The notes under the pieces are model-generated. The model saw only the letters and a list, made by a program, of their open reading frames with translations, was not told the DNA's origin and made no database searches. DNA of 64,000 nucleotides from assembly GCA_950097015.1 (NCBI GenBank), contig CATNEN010000003.1:15376001-15440000 (forward strand), read 5' to 3'. Shown in pieces: positions 38,101 to 50,065 of this stretch (within the stretch, counting starts at the first letter, position 1; the number at the start of each line of letters is the position of its first letter). The stretch comes from Macrostomum hystrix (Eukaryota; Animalia; Platyhelminthes). A program made the translations under genes and the position numbers.

Positions 38101-41100
38101 CTTCACGGATTCCGCAAAGGCCGTCCAGTCAGTATTCCGGGCGTTCCTTTTCCACAGAATACCAGGCTTGGAGTAGGAGCTTAGCAACCGGAAACGAATG
38201 AAGCGATGGTCAGACAGAGATTCCTCTTCGTCCCACACCTGCCAGTTCCTAATCAGAGGGATCAGGCCCTGAGAGGCGAGGGTGGCGTCAAGGACCTCCG
38301 TCCATCGTCCATTGTCAAAGGTGGGTGTGCCACCCGAGTTGCAGAACTCAATATTGGTGGTGCAGATGTAGGCAAGGAGATCCTCGCCTCTGCAGTTGGA
38401 GGTAACACTGCCCCAGTGGGTGTGGTGGGCATTTATGTCGCCTGCCACCAGCAGCTCAAAGTCGCGGTCTGAGCAGTAGTCCACGAGGGAAGTGAGACTG
38501 GGCGGAACCGCAGGACCGTCGCCAGGAATGTATATAGAGGCGATGATGACGGTGCGGTTCGGGAGAATGTGGTTGGTTTGGATGACACAGAGGTCTTTGT
38601 CAGAGAGGTCTGGTCTATACCAAGCTTTTAGATCGGTAGTCGCGAACACAGCAGCCCTGGGGTTTTGGGGCATGAAAAAACAGTCAAAACCAGCAGGAAT
38701 GTTCGGAATCTTACCTTTCTTCGTCCAGGGCTCTTGGAGGAGGATGATGCCCGGTTTTTCGAAGTCCACCACACGCGCCAGGTTGGTCGAGGCCGCGATG
38801 CAGTGGTGCAGGTTCAGCTGCAGGAAGCTCACCCCAGGAGGGGCGGTCCGTGCGGCTATCTGCTGGCCTACGGCGAGTTGTTCAGGAGCGATTCCTCGTC
38901 CTCGCCGGTGTTTTGCCCGAGCTCCATCGGTTCCTCCTGAATCGGATCCAGAGTTGAGGCCGGGGCTGCCGCAACAGCGGCGTCCGTGTCCTCAACCCGG
39001 TTTTCCGCTGGGGGTTCCGATGAAACATTGGGCCGGGTGGTGCTGCGGTGGCGTCCACTGTTGGGGTCCGACAGCTGTCTGGCGCGCTGAGTCAAGCCAG
39101 CACGGATGGTGTTACGGGCGGGTTTCCGGCCCTTACCACGTCCGCCTGTCGTTGCGGCTCGCGCGGCTTTGCCCCTGATAGGGTCCGCATCCTCGGAGTG
39201 GTCGTGACGATCAGGAGTCTGTGTTCCAGGGCGCAGGGGCCCGGCAGAGCTCTGGTTCGTCCGTTTCCGCTTTTCCGGGGGCGGCGGGCGAGTGGCGTCG
39301 GACTCGAAGCTGAAAATCTGCATTCGAGTGAGGCCTGCACTGATGTAGGACATGTCTGGGCAGCGGAGCATCCAGCTGTCCGACAATCCTAGGATGGCCG
39401 TGAAACCGTCTCCACCAGGTCTGGTGATGGTTTCATGAACCACGACACCGTTTGCTGGCAGATCCGGGTGGATTGCCAACAGCAGGCGGCGCAGTTCTCC
39501 GGCGTTGGTGATGGCGCTGCGAGCTGGAATCCAAACACGATGACGGTGTGTCTGGGGGCGCTCGTCCTCCCTGTAGATAAACAGGTTGCCCATTTCCGTG
39601 CCCCAGTCGAAGGATTTCAGCATCTCGAGGAGTTGCTGTCCGGACTGGTTGTCGGCAGGCTGGACAATGAGGGCTTGGTCCTGGATGTCGGTCTTCAGGA
39701 CGTGCAGTACAGTGCCGCTCAGTGCCAGTTTGACCAGATGGGAGTCCAATCTGCGCCAGATCTGGTCGAGTTGCGCTGTTGTGAGGGGCGTCTCCTGGCC
39801 TCGGATAACCAAGGCCGGCTGCCTCTTTGCCATAGCAGCGTAAGTGCGCTTTGGCCTTGTGGTTTGGCCGGCGCCTCCCGCAACGGGCCCCCCAGCAGTC
39901 GTCGGAGTTTCCGGATGACTGTGAGAGGTTCCGCCGCGAGAGGAACCGGATGCCCCAGAGGCCTGGGCGGCACTTTTCCGCGCTTCCGGGTTTCCCGGAC
40001 GGCGCGAGGAGTCCGCCTCCTTGTTGGGTGCCGGTTCCTCCGCGATGTTCGCAGAGTTGCCGGCCCCCTCCTCGGAGGCGGTGGTTGGCGCGGATTTCGC
40101 AGCCAACCGTACTTCCTGTTTTCGCCGCCGGAATTCCTGGAGGCGGGCGAGGCTGCGGGCTTGCGTGGAAGGGGAGCGTTTGCTCTTTGATCCAGCCGCT
40201 CTGGTGTTTTCCTGAGTGGCGGAGGAGCAGGATGAATTTTGGGCGCCGGTGGAACCGGTGTCGCCCTGGCGCTGGTCCTGAGGATCTGCGTCGCCGGCCG
40301 GGGTCGGCGTTTCAGCAGGGTCCTGGGACGTGCTGGAGCTGTAGTGGGACTCCATAGGTCGCTGGAAAAAGAGAAAGAAGAGAATAAAAATAAAAACCGC
40401 TAATGGCCGGATAGACTCCCCGGACCTTTCAGCCCCTCAGCGCGGTGAGACCTTAGGCATAAGAGGACACCTAAAGCAGTGCCAGGCCCGCAGACTGGCT
40501 GCGTACCCTGTTGAGGTCGAAGGGTGACACCTGTCCCTCAGAGCCGTAGCCAGAGGTACCTGATCACGCACAGGTGCACGAGCGCTGCGGACTGGCCGCA
40601 TACCCTGTTAAGGTCAAAGGGTGACACCCTTCCCTCAGAGCCGTAGCCAGAGGTACCTGATCACGCACAGGTGCGCGAGACGCTGCGGACTGGCCGCATA
40701 CCCTGTTAAGGTCAAAGGGTGACACCTTTCCCTCAGAGCCGTAGCCAGAGGTACCTGATCACGCACAGGTGCACGAAAACTGCGGACTGGCCGCATACCC
40801 TGTTAAGGTCAAAGGGTGACACCTTTCCCTCAGAGCCGTAGCCAGAGGTACCTGATCACGCACAGGTGCGCGAGACGCTGCGGACTGGCCGCATACCCTG
40901 TCAAGGTCAAAGGGTAAACACCTCTCCCTCAGAGCCGTAGCCAGAGGTACCTGATCACGCACAGGTGCGCGAGACGCTGCGGACTGGCCGCATACCCTGT
41001 CAAGGTCAAAGGGTAACACCTCTCCCTCAGAGCCGTAGCCAGAGGTACCTGATCACGCACAGGTGCACGAAAGCTGCGGACTCGCCGCATACCCTGTTAA

Positions 41101-43928
41101 GGTCAAAGGGTGACACCTTTCCCTCCAGCCAGGGCTAGAGGTACCCAGTTTGGCCAGAGGCCCTGGATGGGTCATCCAGCGCTGTTGCCCATTCTGTCCG
41201 GCTGCCCTAGGGTCAGCCTTGAACACTCGCGGGACGTGTACCCATGGGTCAGCTGACGGGACAGCGTGGAGGGATCCCTGCACCCGGAGGTACAGGGCTC
41301 CTTCCTGCCAGGCCTGCTCAAAAAACGACTGCAGGTGTGAGGCATCGCAGACCTTAGCCCGTAGGCCTGGTCTGACTCATACCACACAGGCATTGTGTCC
41401 CGCCGGTGCGAGCGGACCCCTGGCTAACTAAGTAACTTCACCCTACTAGACGAGACTTAAGTAATTAAAATAATACTTATTGCCCCCATGGTATTTTATT
41501 AAACTTTCAGCTTCTGAAGCAGGTTCAGAAGCTCATGAACAGCAGCTATTGCCTAGCTTGGCTGCCCTATCGGGCACCGAGTGTCTGGTAAGAGATCCGC
41601 GGCTTCCCTTTGGTTGGGCGCATCGATGGTTGCTAAGGCGCGACCTACTGGAGGAGACACTCAAAGGAATGCATGCGGCCACCGCTGGCGCTTACCAAAT
41701 GGCCAGGTTGGGATTTCTATTTCTAATATACACTCACCTTTTTTATTCTCAATTCTAATGATCTCTCATTCTTCCCATCCCTTGTATTCCTAGAGCCCAT
41801 TTGCCCCATCTCTTTGATCTCCTAAGTTCTATGATTCCGGGTTTCTATTCGTCTGAATCCCTAGCTATTCTTAGCTTATCTTAAGCTTACTAAACTAAAT
41901 TCTCCCCTCTTATCTTCCTTTCCTAGTCCTGCCGATTCTCTTATCTTCCAAATCCCGATATCCCATTCTCTGATTTTCCAAATCCCGAACTCCCATTCTC
42001 TGATTTTCCAAATCCCGAACTCCCATTCTCTGATTTTCCAAATCCCGAACTCCCATTCTCTGATTTTCCAAATCTCAAACTCCAATTCTATTTTCTTCCT
42101 AGTCCCAAACTCGCATTTTCTCTTTTCCTAATCCTAAACTCCTATTCTCTCATCCTCCTAATCCCACAATCCCATTCCCTGAATCTCAAATCTCAAACTC
42201 CCATTCTCTCATCTTCCAAATCTCAAACTCCCATTCTATTTTCTTCCTAGTCCCAAACTCGCATTCTCTCTTTTCCTAATCCCAAACTCCTATTCTCTCA
42301 TCTTCCTAATCCCACAATCCCATTCCCTGATCTTCCTAGTCCCACAATCCCATTCTCTCATCTTCCTAGTCCCACAATCCCATTCTCTCATCTTCATAAT
42401 GACACAATCCCATTCTCTCATCTTCATAATGACACAATCTCATTCTCTCATCTTCATAATGACACAATCCCATTCTCTCATCTTCATAATGACACAATCC
42501 CATTCTCTCATCTTCATAATGACACAATCCCATTCTCTCATCTTCATAATGACACAATCCCATTCTCTCATCTTCATAATGACACAATCCCATTCTGTCA
42601 TCTTCATAATGACACAATCCAATTCTCTCATCTTCATAATGACACAATCCCATCCTTGCATCTTCCTAATGACACAATCTCATTCTCTAATCTTTCTAAC
42701 CCCCCAATCCAAATCCCATTCTCACATATTTATCTTCCCAAGCAGATTTCCCATCTCCCAATTGTTTCCGCGGCAGATACCGCCTAGGCTTAGGCGAAGG
42801 TCCCGAGGACCACCCACCGGGCAAAGCTCTGCCTCTAGAATGCAACGCGGCCATTCTAAACGGAGTGAGCTTCAACAAAGGCTGCTACCTAGGCCAGGAA
42901 CTGACCGCCCGCACCCATCACACTGGGGTTGTGCGAAAACGACTCGCCCCGGCTCTGTTCTCTGATTCTAATGCCGACTCTGCTACGGTGGCTGGGGCTA
43001 CTCTTATCGATGTTAGGTATGGCGAGGCAGTTGGACAGGTGAGAGACTGTTGGGACTATAGTTCTGGCATTAATCTAATGGGATAATTTCGGACATTCGG
43101 ATTATAATTCTGGGATTAATCTAGTGGGATATTTATCTGGTTTTGGGATTCTAGTTCTAGGATTAATCCAGTGGGATATTTTGTGGTATTGGGATTAATC
43201 CAGTGGGATATTTTCTGGCATTGGGATTAATCCAGTGGGATTTTTCTGGTATTGGGATTAATCCAGTGGGATATTTTTTGGTATTGGGATTAATCCAGTG
43301 GGATATTTTCTGGTATTGGGATTAATCCAGTGGGATATTTTCTGGCATTGGGATTAATCCAGTGGGATATTTTCTGGTATTGGGATTAATCCAGTGGGAT
43401 ATTTTCTGGCATTGGGATTAATCCAGTGGGATTTTTCTGGTATTGGGATTAATCCAGTGGGATATTTTTTGGTATTGGGATTAATCCAGTGGGATATTTT
43501 CTGGTATTGGGATTAATCCAGTGGGGCATTTTCTAGTATTGGAATTCTAGTTCTTCAGGATAATTCGGGTGGGATATTTTTACCGGTACTCTGTGACTTA
43601 TTCATGAAGGGATTCTAATTCTAGGATGGGATTTCGCATCAGGATTTTCAGGAAAACCGGCGGGATTTTCGAAAGTAAGATTCTTTATCCTTGTGTTTCT
43701 GCTTCTCAGGTGAGATCAGCTCGCAATGGTCGCGGGCTGGCCATGATTCGTTTAGGCCGCATGCTTGGCGGCTCCCAGCAACGGTTGCTATGCAGAAAAC
43801 AACAGGCTGGCAACGGAGCCAGCAATGGCGGTGCAGTAATCTGCGAGGCGACCATATTTCGGCCAGATTGGTGGCCAAATGACATTGTTACCGCCGCCGG
43901 CGATAGTCAAGGTGGTCCTGACGAATAG
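32189..43928 (+). CDS. IBA57: IBA57 / CAF17 mitochondrial Fe-S assembly factor (YgfZ/GcvT family), ~389 aa, 5 exons
   Basis: Exons 32189-32467, 33762-33975, 41511-41706, 42777-43038, 43710-43928. Motifs [62 protein letters not shown]. Confidence 0.93.
32574..33705. repeat. 34-bp minisatellite in IBA57 intron 1
   Basis: Unit g(g/a)gtaggtctgcagtccctgaaggat(t/g)ggatgaa. Confidence 0.95.
34070..34990. repeat. ~17-bp pyrimidine-rich repeat
   Basis: Unit tgtctcatctctcccc. Confidence 0.93.
35128..38832 (-). CDS. LINE ORF2: APE endonuclease, reverse transcriptase, RNase H, C-terminal CCHC
   Basis: APE: QLNLHH, LLQEPW, GDINAH, SDH. RT: [26 protein letters not shown]. RNase H: FTDGS, SDSQ, WIPGH, GNELAD. 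C-terminus: CPFC...H...C. Starts at GTG; no ATG upstream of the APE motifs. Confidence 0.95.
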   Translation of the reverse strand: MSFLQLNLHHCIAASTNLARVVDFEKPGIILLQEPWTKKGKIPNIPAGFDCFFMPQNPRAAVFATTDLKAWYRPDLSDKDLCVIQTNHILPNRTVIIASIYIPGDGPAVPPSLTSLVDYCSDRDFELLVAGDINAHHTHWGSVTSNCRGEDLLAYICTTNIEFCNSGGTPTFDNGRWTEVLDATLASQGLIPLIRNWQVWDEEESLSDHRFIRFRLLSSYSKPGILWKRNARNTDWTAFAESVKRQTNQLESVVPATCQEVDDLADLLSMTILTAHETSCPLKAYKGKKSAPWWNPALGTLRRKAKSLQRIARKSKDQADLTAYQNAIRDFKRDTRKAKSEKWRQYCSELEGARPTSRVVKALTLDKMSKLSVIKRPDGRLAENPGESLDIMLASAFPQTAPLQDPPDHTPGGHILATTIITRERTARAANSFSPFKSPGPDNIYPAFLHEAVKNDRFLGLLCNLFKACITLGYVPRSWQEATIVFIPKPGKGDYHSAKAFRPISLTSFFLKLLERLVLWRLLHVELRNSPLSANQHAFRSGRSIESALHAIVDKLERAVLGTGFALSLFLDIDGAFDNVLFGAFRRALERRATHEHLTRWIMYMISHRTATSHLLGHSRSVNVQKGGPQGGVLSPILWNLVMDELLCSPDPDPVQKIGYADDVTATVAGPSPPVLRDLLQAFIHRAERWANGCGLKLSESKTVAIMFTSKRNWRIEPLLLYDKPIAMEKQTRCLGVILDHRLSWTPHVKFKTRKALATLAQIRRAFGATWGLTPRRLWWIYTTIVRPAISFAGFIWNSALETKGVLEALNKVQGRACRAIMSAAPSTPFAGMNAFLDLPPLDLFIKGEAMKTARRLLDAGISIRKQLAFSKRNLQPHGDLSLRDLDAAGGLKILSDGIPSTLCPPQKFKTSIPPRQEVRDHGQPREIHCFTDGSQINSISGFGYCIMSGGKTLATFSQHTGINSTVFQNEVLAISSCALELINQNVHGAEIFLHSDSQAAIHALGRTHTCSRTVLDCVAQLNRLGTHNKVSLRWIPGHSGHPGNELADSLAKAGSTGSLFGPVPAVSTPTAVVNTRINQWVTSKHKDRWINTADCRQSRAAVPCPSTALRKALLGLNRKDIRAVTMALSGHGCFARHRFLQGKIRSEECPFCLSYVEDAEHFICDCPAFTQDRLTYLGPNPDLPDVFRPENICQLVRYLRATGRATLHLLDTPEEDRAADAGTTGSPCATPQL
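38868..40355 (-). CDS. LINE ORF1 (495 aa)
   Basis: Position upstream of ORF2 on the same strand; basic low-complexity termini; TYAAMAK motif of the kind common in LINE ORF1 proteins. Confidence 0.85.
   Translation of the reverse strand: MESHYSSSTSQDPAETPTPAGDADPQDQRQGDTGSTGAQNSSCSSATQENTRAAGSKSKRSPSTQARSLARLQEFRRRKQEVRLAAKSAPTTASEEGAGNSANIAEEPAPNKEADSSRRPGNPEARKSAAQASGASGSSRGGTSHSHPETPTTAGGPVAGGAGQTTRPKRTYAAMAKRQPALVIRGQETPLTTAQLDQIWRRLDSHLVKLALSGTVLHVLKTDIQDQALIVQPADNQSGQQLLEMLKSFDWGTEMGNLFIYREDERPQTHRHRVWIPARSAITNAGELRRLLLAIHPDLPANGVVVHETITRPGGDGFTAILGLSDSWMLRCPDMSYISAGLTRMQIFSFESDATRPPPPEKRKRTNQSSAGPLRPGTQTPDRHDHSEDADPIRGKAARAATTGGRGKGRKPARNTIRAGLTQRARQLSDPNSGRHRSTTRPNVSSEPPAENRVEDTDAAVAAAPASTLDPIQEEPMELGQNTGEDEESLLNNSP
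40493..41145 (-). repeat. ~98-bp monomers (~6.5 copies) in the LINE 5' UTR
   Basis: cagaggtacc recurs at ~40551, 40648, 40746, 40843, 40942, 41040. Confidence 0.95.
41930..42725. repeat. Two related 30-bp minisatellites in IBA57 intron 3
   Basis: tcccattctctgattttccaaatcccgaac grading into cattctctcatcttcataatgacacaatcc. Confidence 0.93.
43050..43550. repeat. 32-bp minisatellite in IBA57 intron 4
   Basis: Unit attaatccagtgggatattttctggtattggg. Confidence 0.93.
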
Positions 43929-44178
43929 CTTTTCCTAATGAACCATTGTGTAGTGTTTGTCTCCGTAATCAGTCGTACTTTTAAAAATTCTCATCCATTG
44001 TTTATAGCCTAGGCATTTATTGATGTATGACTCGTTAATTTATTAGGATTTCATGTTTTTTGCATCAATACGCTTCCTATCTGAAATATAAACAAATTAT
44101 AATAGTAAATTTAGATTCAAGTGATATTTATTAATTGCGTCATTTAACTTCCAGCTGATAAGAATGAGTTTATTTTAA

Positions 44179-45095
44179 TCTGTCTGTCTGCCTGCCTGTC
44201 TTCCTGGCTGTCTGTCTGCCTGGCTGTCTGTCTGCCTGCCTGTCTGTCTGCCTGTCTGTCCGTCTGCCTGTCTGTCTGTCTGTCTGCCTGCCTGGCTGTC
44301 TGTCTGCCTGCCTGTCTGTCTGCCTGCCTGTCTGCCTGCCTGTCTGTCTGCCTGTCTGTCTGTTTGCCTGTCTGTCTGCCTGTCTGTCTGTCTGTCTCTC
44401 TGCCTGTCTGTCTGCCTGTCTGTCTGCCTGTCTGTCTGCCTGTCTGTCTGTCTGTCTGCCTGTCTGTCTGTCTGCCTGTCTGTCTGCCTGTCTGTCTGTC
44501 TGTCTGCCTGGCTGTCTGTCTGCCTGTCTGTCTGCCTGGCTGTCTGTCTGCCTGCCTGTCTGTCTACCTGTCTGTCTGTCTGCCTGCCTGCCTGTCTGCC
44601 TGTCTGTCTGTCTGTCTGCCTGTCTGTCTGTCTGCCTGTCTGTCTGTCTGCCTGTCTGTCTGTCTGTCTGCCTGCCTGTCTGTCTGCCTGGCTGTCTGTC
44701 TGTCTGTCTGCCTGTCTAGCTACCTGGCTGTCTGTCTGCCTGTCTGTCTGCCTGGCTGTCTGTCTGTCTGTCTGCCTGTCTAGCTACCTGGCTGTCTGTC
44801 TGTCTGTCTGCCTGTCTGTCTGCCTGTCTGTCTGTCTGTCTGCCTGGCTGTCTGTCTGCCTGTCTGTCTGCCTGGCTGTCTGTCTGCCTGCCTGTCTGTC
44901 TACCTGTCTGTCTGTCTGCCTGCCTGCCTGTCTGCCTGTCTGTCTGTCTGTCTGCCTGTCTGTCTGTCTGCCTGTCTGTCTGTCTGTCTGCCTGCCTGTC
45001 TGTCTGCCTGGCTGTCTGTCTGTCTGTCTGCCTGTCTAGCTACCTGGCTGTCTGTCTGCCTGGCTGCCTGCCTGGCTGCCTAGCTGGCTGCCTGT
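44179..45095. repeat. (CTGT/CTGC)n tetranucleotide satellite
   Basis: Directly visible. Confidence 0.97.
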
Positions 45096-45523
45096 GTCGC
45101 ATTTATCAAATAAAACTGCGTCACTGCTTATAGCTTTCCTTTTTATAATCATAAAGATGGTCATAGAATGGACTTTAGAAGTCTAAAGGATTATAATACT
45201 AATACGAGATTGATTGCACGTAATAGCTTGAGTAAGGTATACAATGAGAGAAAATGAAGCAGAGCATCGATTACTAAAGTGCTATAAAAATAGTTACACG
45301 CTATTGCTACAGCGTATTCTTATGTTTCTGATTCGAAATTACTCGAACCATGAGGCAGCCGGCGACCAAGCCACTCTTCAAAATAATCCGCAGTCGGGGC
45401 CAGCGCTTTAGGAAAGTATGGCAGCATGGTGGAATCGAAGCCACACGAGAGCTCGCCGTCCTCAGCCTCAAGTTGGCGCTTGAGTCCATCGGTGTTGGCA
45501 CGTCTGTACACACTTTGGACCAG

Positions 45524-45732
45524 ATGAATAAAAATAATAATAATAATTGCAGAAGAGCTGCGGGCAAAGGCACATCATTTGGTGACACTAGACCCGCAGC
45601 CAGCGAGGAGGCAATTCTGCCTATTTCCCTGACTCCTGAGCACACAGATACTGTACACAGGCACACGCTTACACAGGTGTGTACATCTGCCCTGACTTTC
45701 TCATCGTCTGGCAGTGTACATTTTACTGTGCT
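45524..45732 (-). mobile_element. SINE copy D, 5'-truncated with intact (ATT)n tail
   Basis: 3' half matches copies B and E; 5' truncation with an intact tail is typical of target-primed reverse transcription. Confidence 0.85.
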
Positions 45733-46210
45733 CGACACCGATTGTGTACTCGAAATTCTTAGAAATCACTAAATCATTCGGTGATGATGCCAGAGTTCTG
45801 GCTTGGAATAGCCACACCTGCTGCCTCATGCAGGTGGACCGTTAGAGTGCTCCATGATTATCCTTGCGGTTGGGTTTTGGGTCTGCCTCGCATCGGTCTT
45901 CATGCTTCGGACGGCCTCAAGGACGCTGAAGCGTGAGCCATCAGCACCATGGTACAGATTCTGGTTTATCTGCATTGTCACTTTGCATATGAACTCTGGT
46001 TGAGCAGAAACCTCAACGGCGCTCGCACTGCCAAAAACTTATCGAGGCATCGGCTTGGCTTAGTTTTTCCACGGTATCCACAGATTTAATCCATAGTAAA
46101 ATCCTAATTAGAATCCCAACCAGAATCCTTAACTTATATTTTCCCAGATTGTTAAGGAACATTCAGCAAATTATCCATAATCAGTTGCATAACACCATGC
46201 GTTAGATTCG

Positions 46211-46580
46211 AGTTTCTTTTCATTTTGAAGTCTATCTTTAGTCGTATTTTTATATCTTATAATTATGCTCTGATTTTAAACAGGCAATCACTAGAAATCT
46301 CTTGCGGGAAAAAGTTTGTGCGGCAAAAATTTCTGCGGGAAATATCTCGTGCTCCCGTTATATCATTTGGGCTTAATTTGTAGACACAGGCAAGGCCTTC
46401 ACACTCTGGCATCATAGACTGCATCGACTGTGTTTTTTTATTGGACGCAGTTTTTTATCAGAAGAGAACACTGGTTAATGTACATTGCAGCAGCAACCCC
46501 CCTCCCTGTCTTCGCTCACACCCAGTCCCCAGTTTTCCGCGCACGCACGCGGGCACTTTCGCCAGCCAATCAGCCAATCC
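46211..46580 (+). promoter_or_regulatory. Putative IRF gene promoter motifs
   Basis: ISRE-like AGTTTCTTTTC (46211); two E2F-like GCGGGAAA (~46304, ~46335); tandem CCAAT boxes AGCCAATCAGCCAATC (~46564). Confidence 0.35.
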
Positions 46581-46711
46581 AGGCCAGTGGATCCGAATTT
46601 CTTGGAAATCTAGCATTTTAGTTGCCTTATTTAATGTTTCCTAATAAATGACTTCCACTAGAGTAGCCAGCGTAGCAAATTTTTTGAAAAGGAAAGTCTA
46701 AAACAAACAAA

Positions 46712-49423
46712 ATGCCAGCAAAGAGGATTGACAAGTGGCTCAGAGAAGCACTCGAGCAGAACAGATTTAGCGATTTGTCCTGGTTTGACGAGTCTCGGCT
46801 ACTATTTCGCATTGGCTGGTCGCACGGCTCTTCTATGAAATCGAAAGGAAATGCGGATTATTTGAAAACTAAAAGCGTCTATCAGGCCTGGCATATTGCC
46901 CGCGGTGAGTGGAATAACTATAGCTTTTACTTATTACAATAGCTTTAGTCAATCTAAATGATCATTTAGAAATTCAAAACGATAATGGCTATGGATTTAA
47001 CTATCCTCTAAGTAAGCCTCGTTGCTATAGAGCATAGACGTTTGGACAACCAAAACGAGAAGGGGGCATTCAAAACGAGAATGAATTCAAACACTCAAAA
47101 GAAAATTCACCCTTTCGGTCATAGAAACGCACTACTACAATTATTCTTCTTGTTTATAATTTACTGGAAATCGACTGTACAGTGCGACCGCACTGCAGAC
47201 TTGTACTTAACGGGCCAGTCGCATCTAATTACGTACAGTTAGCTGGTCGTGTACATAGTACGTTTAAAAATAGCCGCATGGTTAGAGAGGATAGCCCCAG
47301 TGTACACTGTCAGGTTATTGTACAGTACAATGAGCCCAGAATGAGGTTGCTGTGAAATTTCCAGTAAATTGCAGACAGTCAGACTGCGAGCGGCACTGTA
47401 TGATGAATGCGACCGGAAGGCAAGACGCGAACTGCTTCCTATAAACTTATAAGTGTTCTAAGTAATGGTACCAGTAATGAGCACAGATAAAAAACAATAC
47501 TTACTTATTTTAATTAGCGGGTTTACAGCCAGTTGAATTTTTTGTTGTTATTGCTTGATTACTTTATTTCGAATAATAAATTTGTACTGTACGTCTTGTG
47601 CTGGATGTGAACTCACACAGGTGCGGGTGTTGTAAGCAAAGATACAGCAAAGACTCTATCTTTGGCCATAGACAAGATTGGTCATAGACAAAATAACTTA
47701 AATAACATAAGACAAATGTGCGCTTATGCCACTGGACACAGTAGAAAGTAAAATATTGGATTCTGCTTTTAAATCTGCCTTACAATCAGGTCTGCAAAGG
47801 CGCACAGAATCCTGCTTCATCCATTCATTGATTAAGACAGAACCCTCCACTATCCCTTCAATGATTAAGACAGAACCCTACACTATCCCTTCATTGATTA
47901 AGACAGAACCCTCCACTATCCCTTCATTGATTAAGACAGAACCCTCCACTATTCCTTCATTGATTAAGACAGAACCCTTCACTATCCCTTCATTGATTAA
48001 GACAGAACCCTTCACTATCCCTTCATTGATTAAGACAGAACCCTTCACTATCCCTTCGTTGATTAAGACAGAACCCTTCACTATCCCTTCATTGATTAAG
48101 ACAGAACCCTTCACTATCCCTTCATTGATCAAGACAGAACCCTTCACTATCCCTTCATTGATTAAGACAGAACCCTTCACTATCCCTTCATTGATTAAGA
48201 CAGAACCCTACACTATCCCTTCATTGATTAAGACAGAATTCTTCACTATCCCTTCATTGATAATTTAATTAATATAGAACCCTGCACTGTCCACTTCATT
48301 GATAAAGACAACCCTACAGGATCCTTCATTGATTAAGACAGAACCCTTCACTATCCCTTCATTGATTAAGACAGAACCCTTCACTATCCCTTCGTTGATT
48401 AATCTGACAGAACCCTTCACTATTCCTTCAGTGATTAAGACAGAACCCTTCACTATCCCTTCATTGATTAAGACAGAACCCTTCACTATCCCTTCATTGA
48501 TTAAGACAGAACCCTTCACTATCCCTTCATTGATTAATACAGAACCCTTCACTATCCCTTCATTGATCAAGACAGAACCCTTCACTATCCCTTCATTGAT
48601 TAAGACAGAACCCTTCACTATCCCTTCATTGATTAAGACAGAACCCTACACTATCCCTTCATTGATTAAGACAGAACCCTTCACTATCCCTTCATTGGTT
48701 AAGACAGAACCCTTCACTATCCCTTCAGTGATTAAGACAGAACCCTTCACTATCCCTTCATTGATTAAGACAGAACCCTTCACTATCCCTTCATTGATTA
48801 AGACAGAACCCTTCACTATCCCTTCATTGATTAAGACAGAACCCTTCACTATCCCTTAACCAATGAAAACAGAAAAGTGGATTTCAAATGTCAATGTTAA
48901 TATTATTAGCACGTGCTAATTCCATCAACTGTATTAACACTGCCCAATTTATTGCTTGTTTCAAGGTCGGCTGGGCCAAGCTGCCAGTCCCAAGACTTTG
49001 AAGCAGAACTTTCGCTGCGCCCTCTACGGCTGTCGTCGTTTTATTCAGCATCGTCGCGATCTAAGCCAGACAAAGAACGGCGCTTTCAGGATCTACCAGT
49101 TTTTATCAGTCGGCCTAGAAGGCTCCAATGTGTACTACATCGCAGATTTAGACGTCAGCAGCGATGTTCCTGCAGCAGAGAAGCCAGAGTCTGATGCAGA
49201 CACTCACTCCTTGGCTTCGTCCTCAAACACAGTCAGTGTTCAATTGTCACCGGTACAATTGAGTCCCGACGACTTATTTGCAACTCGCCTGGGGCAGTCG
49301 CTTGAGACCAAGTTGGCTGATGTCGACACGGAGGAAGCTTTCTATGAAGAAGACGATGAAATGTCTTGGATCTTTAAGCGGGATCCGTTTCTTAGTGACA
49401 CTTCAAGCGCTGCGATCCACTGA
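46712..49423 (+). CDS. IRF: Interferon regulatory factor-like transcription factor, ~216 aa, 2 exons
   Basis: Exons 46712-46904 and 48966-49423 (phase 1). Trp-repeat DNA-binding domain: KWL, LSW, FRIGWSH, QAW, PKTLKQNFRCAL, FRIYQF. Acidic tail. Confidence 0.88.
47158..47370. mobile_element. Putative MITE in IRF intron
   Basis: Perfect 14-bp inverted termini AATTTACTGGAAAT (47158-47171) and ATTTCCAGTAAATT (47357-47370), extendable outward with transitions only. Confidence 0.5.
47815..48857. repeat. 33-bp minisatellite in IRF intron
   Basis: Unit tcattgattaagacagaacccttcactatccct. Confidence 0.95.
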
Positions 49424-49631
49424 GATAAGGCTAAAACGGTGCCTGCAGAACTGCTCGTTCCTAAATATATTTCCGGGTTTGAAGTTTTCTGCCCTGCTCG
49501 GTTGGTGAATTGTTTTGCTTGCTTGCCTTACTTATAATCTTTAGCTTGCATGTCTTCTATTTTCCAAAAGGCCATATCCATCATTCTATTGTTTAACTGT
49601 GAGTCACCACACCGCTTCCATTGAGCTGAGC

Positions 49632-50065
49632 TGGTCATTACCCACATTCCCTAATATTCTACTGGGTCATTACCCACATTCCCTAATATCCTACTGGGTC
49701 ATTACCCACATTCCCTAATATTCTACTGGGTCATTACCCACATTCCCTAATATCCTACTGGGTCATTACCCACATTCCCTAATATTCTACTGGGTCATTA
49801 CCCACATCCCCTAATATTCTACAGGGTCATTACCCACATTCCCTAATATTCTACTGGGTCATTACCCACATCCCCTAATATTCTACAGGGTCATTACCCA
49901 CATCCCCTAATATTCTAAAGGGTCTTTACCCACATTCCCTAATATTCTACAGGGTCATTACCCACATTACCTAATATTCTACTGGGTCATTACCCACATT
50001 CCCTAATATTCTACTGGGTCATTACCCACATTCCCTAATATTCTACTGGGTCATTACCCACATCT
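49632..50065. repeat. 32-bp minisatellite downstream of IRF
   Basis: Unit tgggtcattacccacattccctaatattctac. Confidence 0.95.

Larger units (their letters stand above)
35034..41413 (-). mobile_element. Full-length non-LTR retrotransposon (APE-RT-RNaseH; LOA/Lian-like, I group), antisense in IBA57 intron 2
   Basis: 13-bp TSD GGACCCCTGGCTA at 35021-35033 and 41414-41426; 3' tail (TAAGTCAAG)n; two uninterrupted ORFs; 5' UTR tandem monomers. Confidence 0.95.

Noticed and set aside
41150-41413. HDV-like ribozyme at the LINE 5' end
   Set aside because: Could not build P1/P1.1/P2/P3 by eye; a covariance or descriptor search would be needed.
45540-45640. HDV-like ribozyme in the SINE 3' region (GCCTCCTCGCTGGC matches HDV P3/L3)
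   Set aside because: No upstream P1 partner (the complement GCCCGCA is downstream), no J1/4 GG and no J4/2 C-N-AA. Simple hairpins explain the sequence.
45310-46080. Small gene on the - strand around SINE copy D
   Set aside because: Only short ORFs, no recognisable domain and no consistent splice structure.
24815-48870. Shared terminal motif (cctt..atgaa) at the right ends of three arrays (~24820, ~33705, ~48855)
   Set aside because: Too short and variable to support a common parent element.
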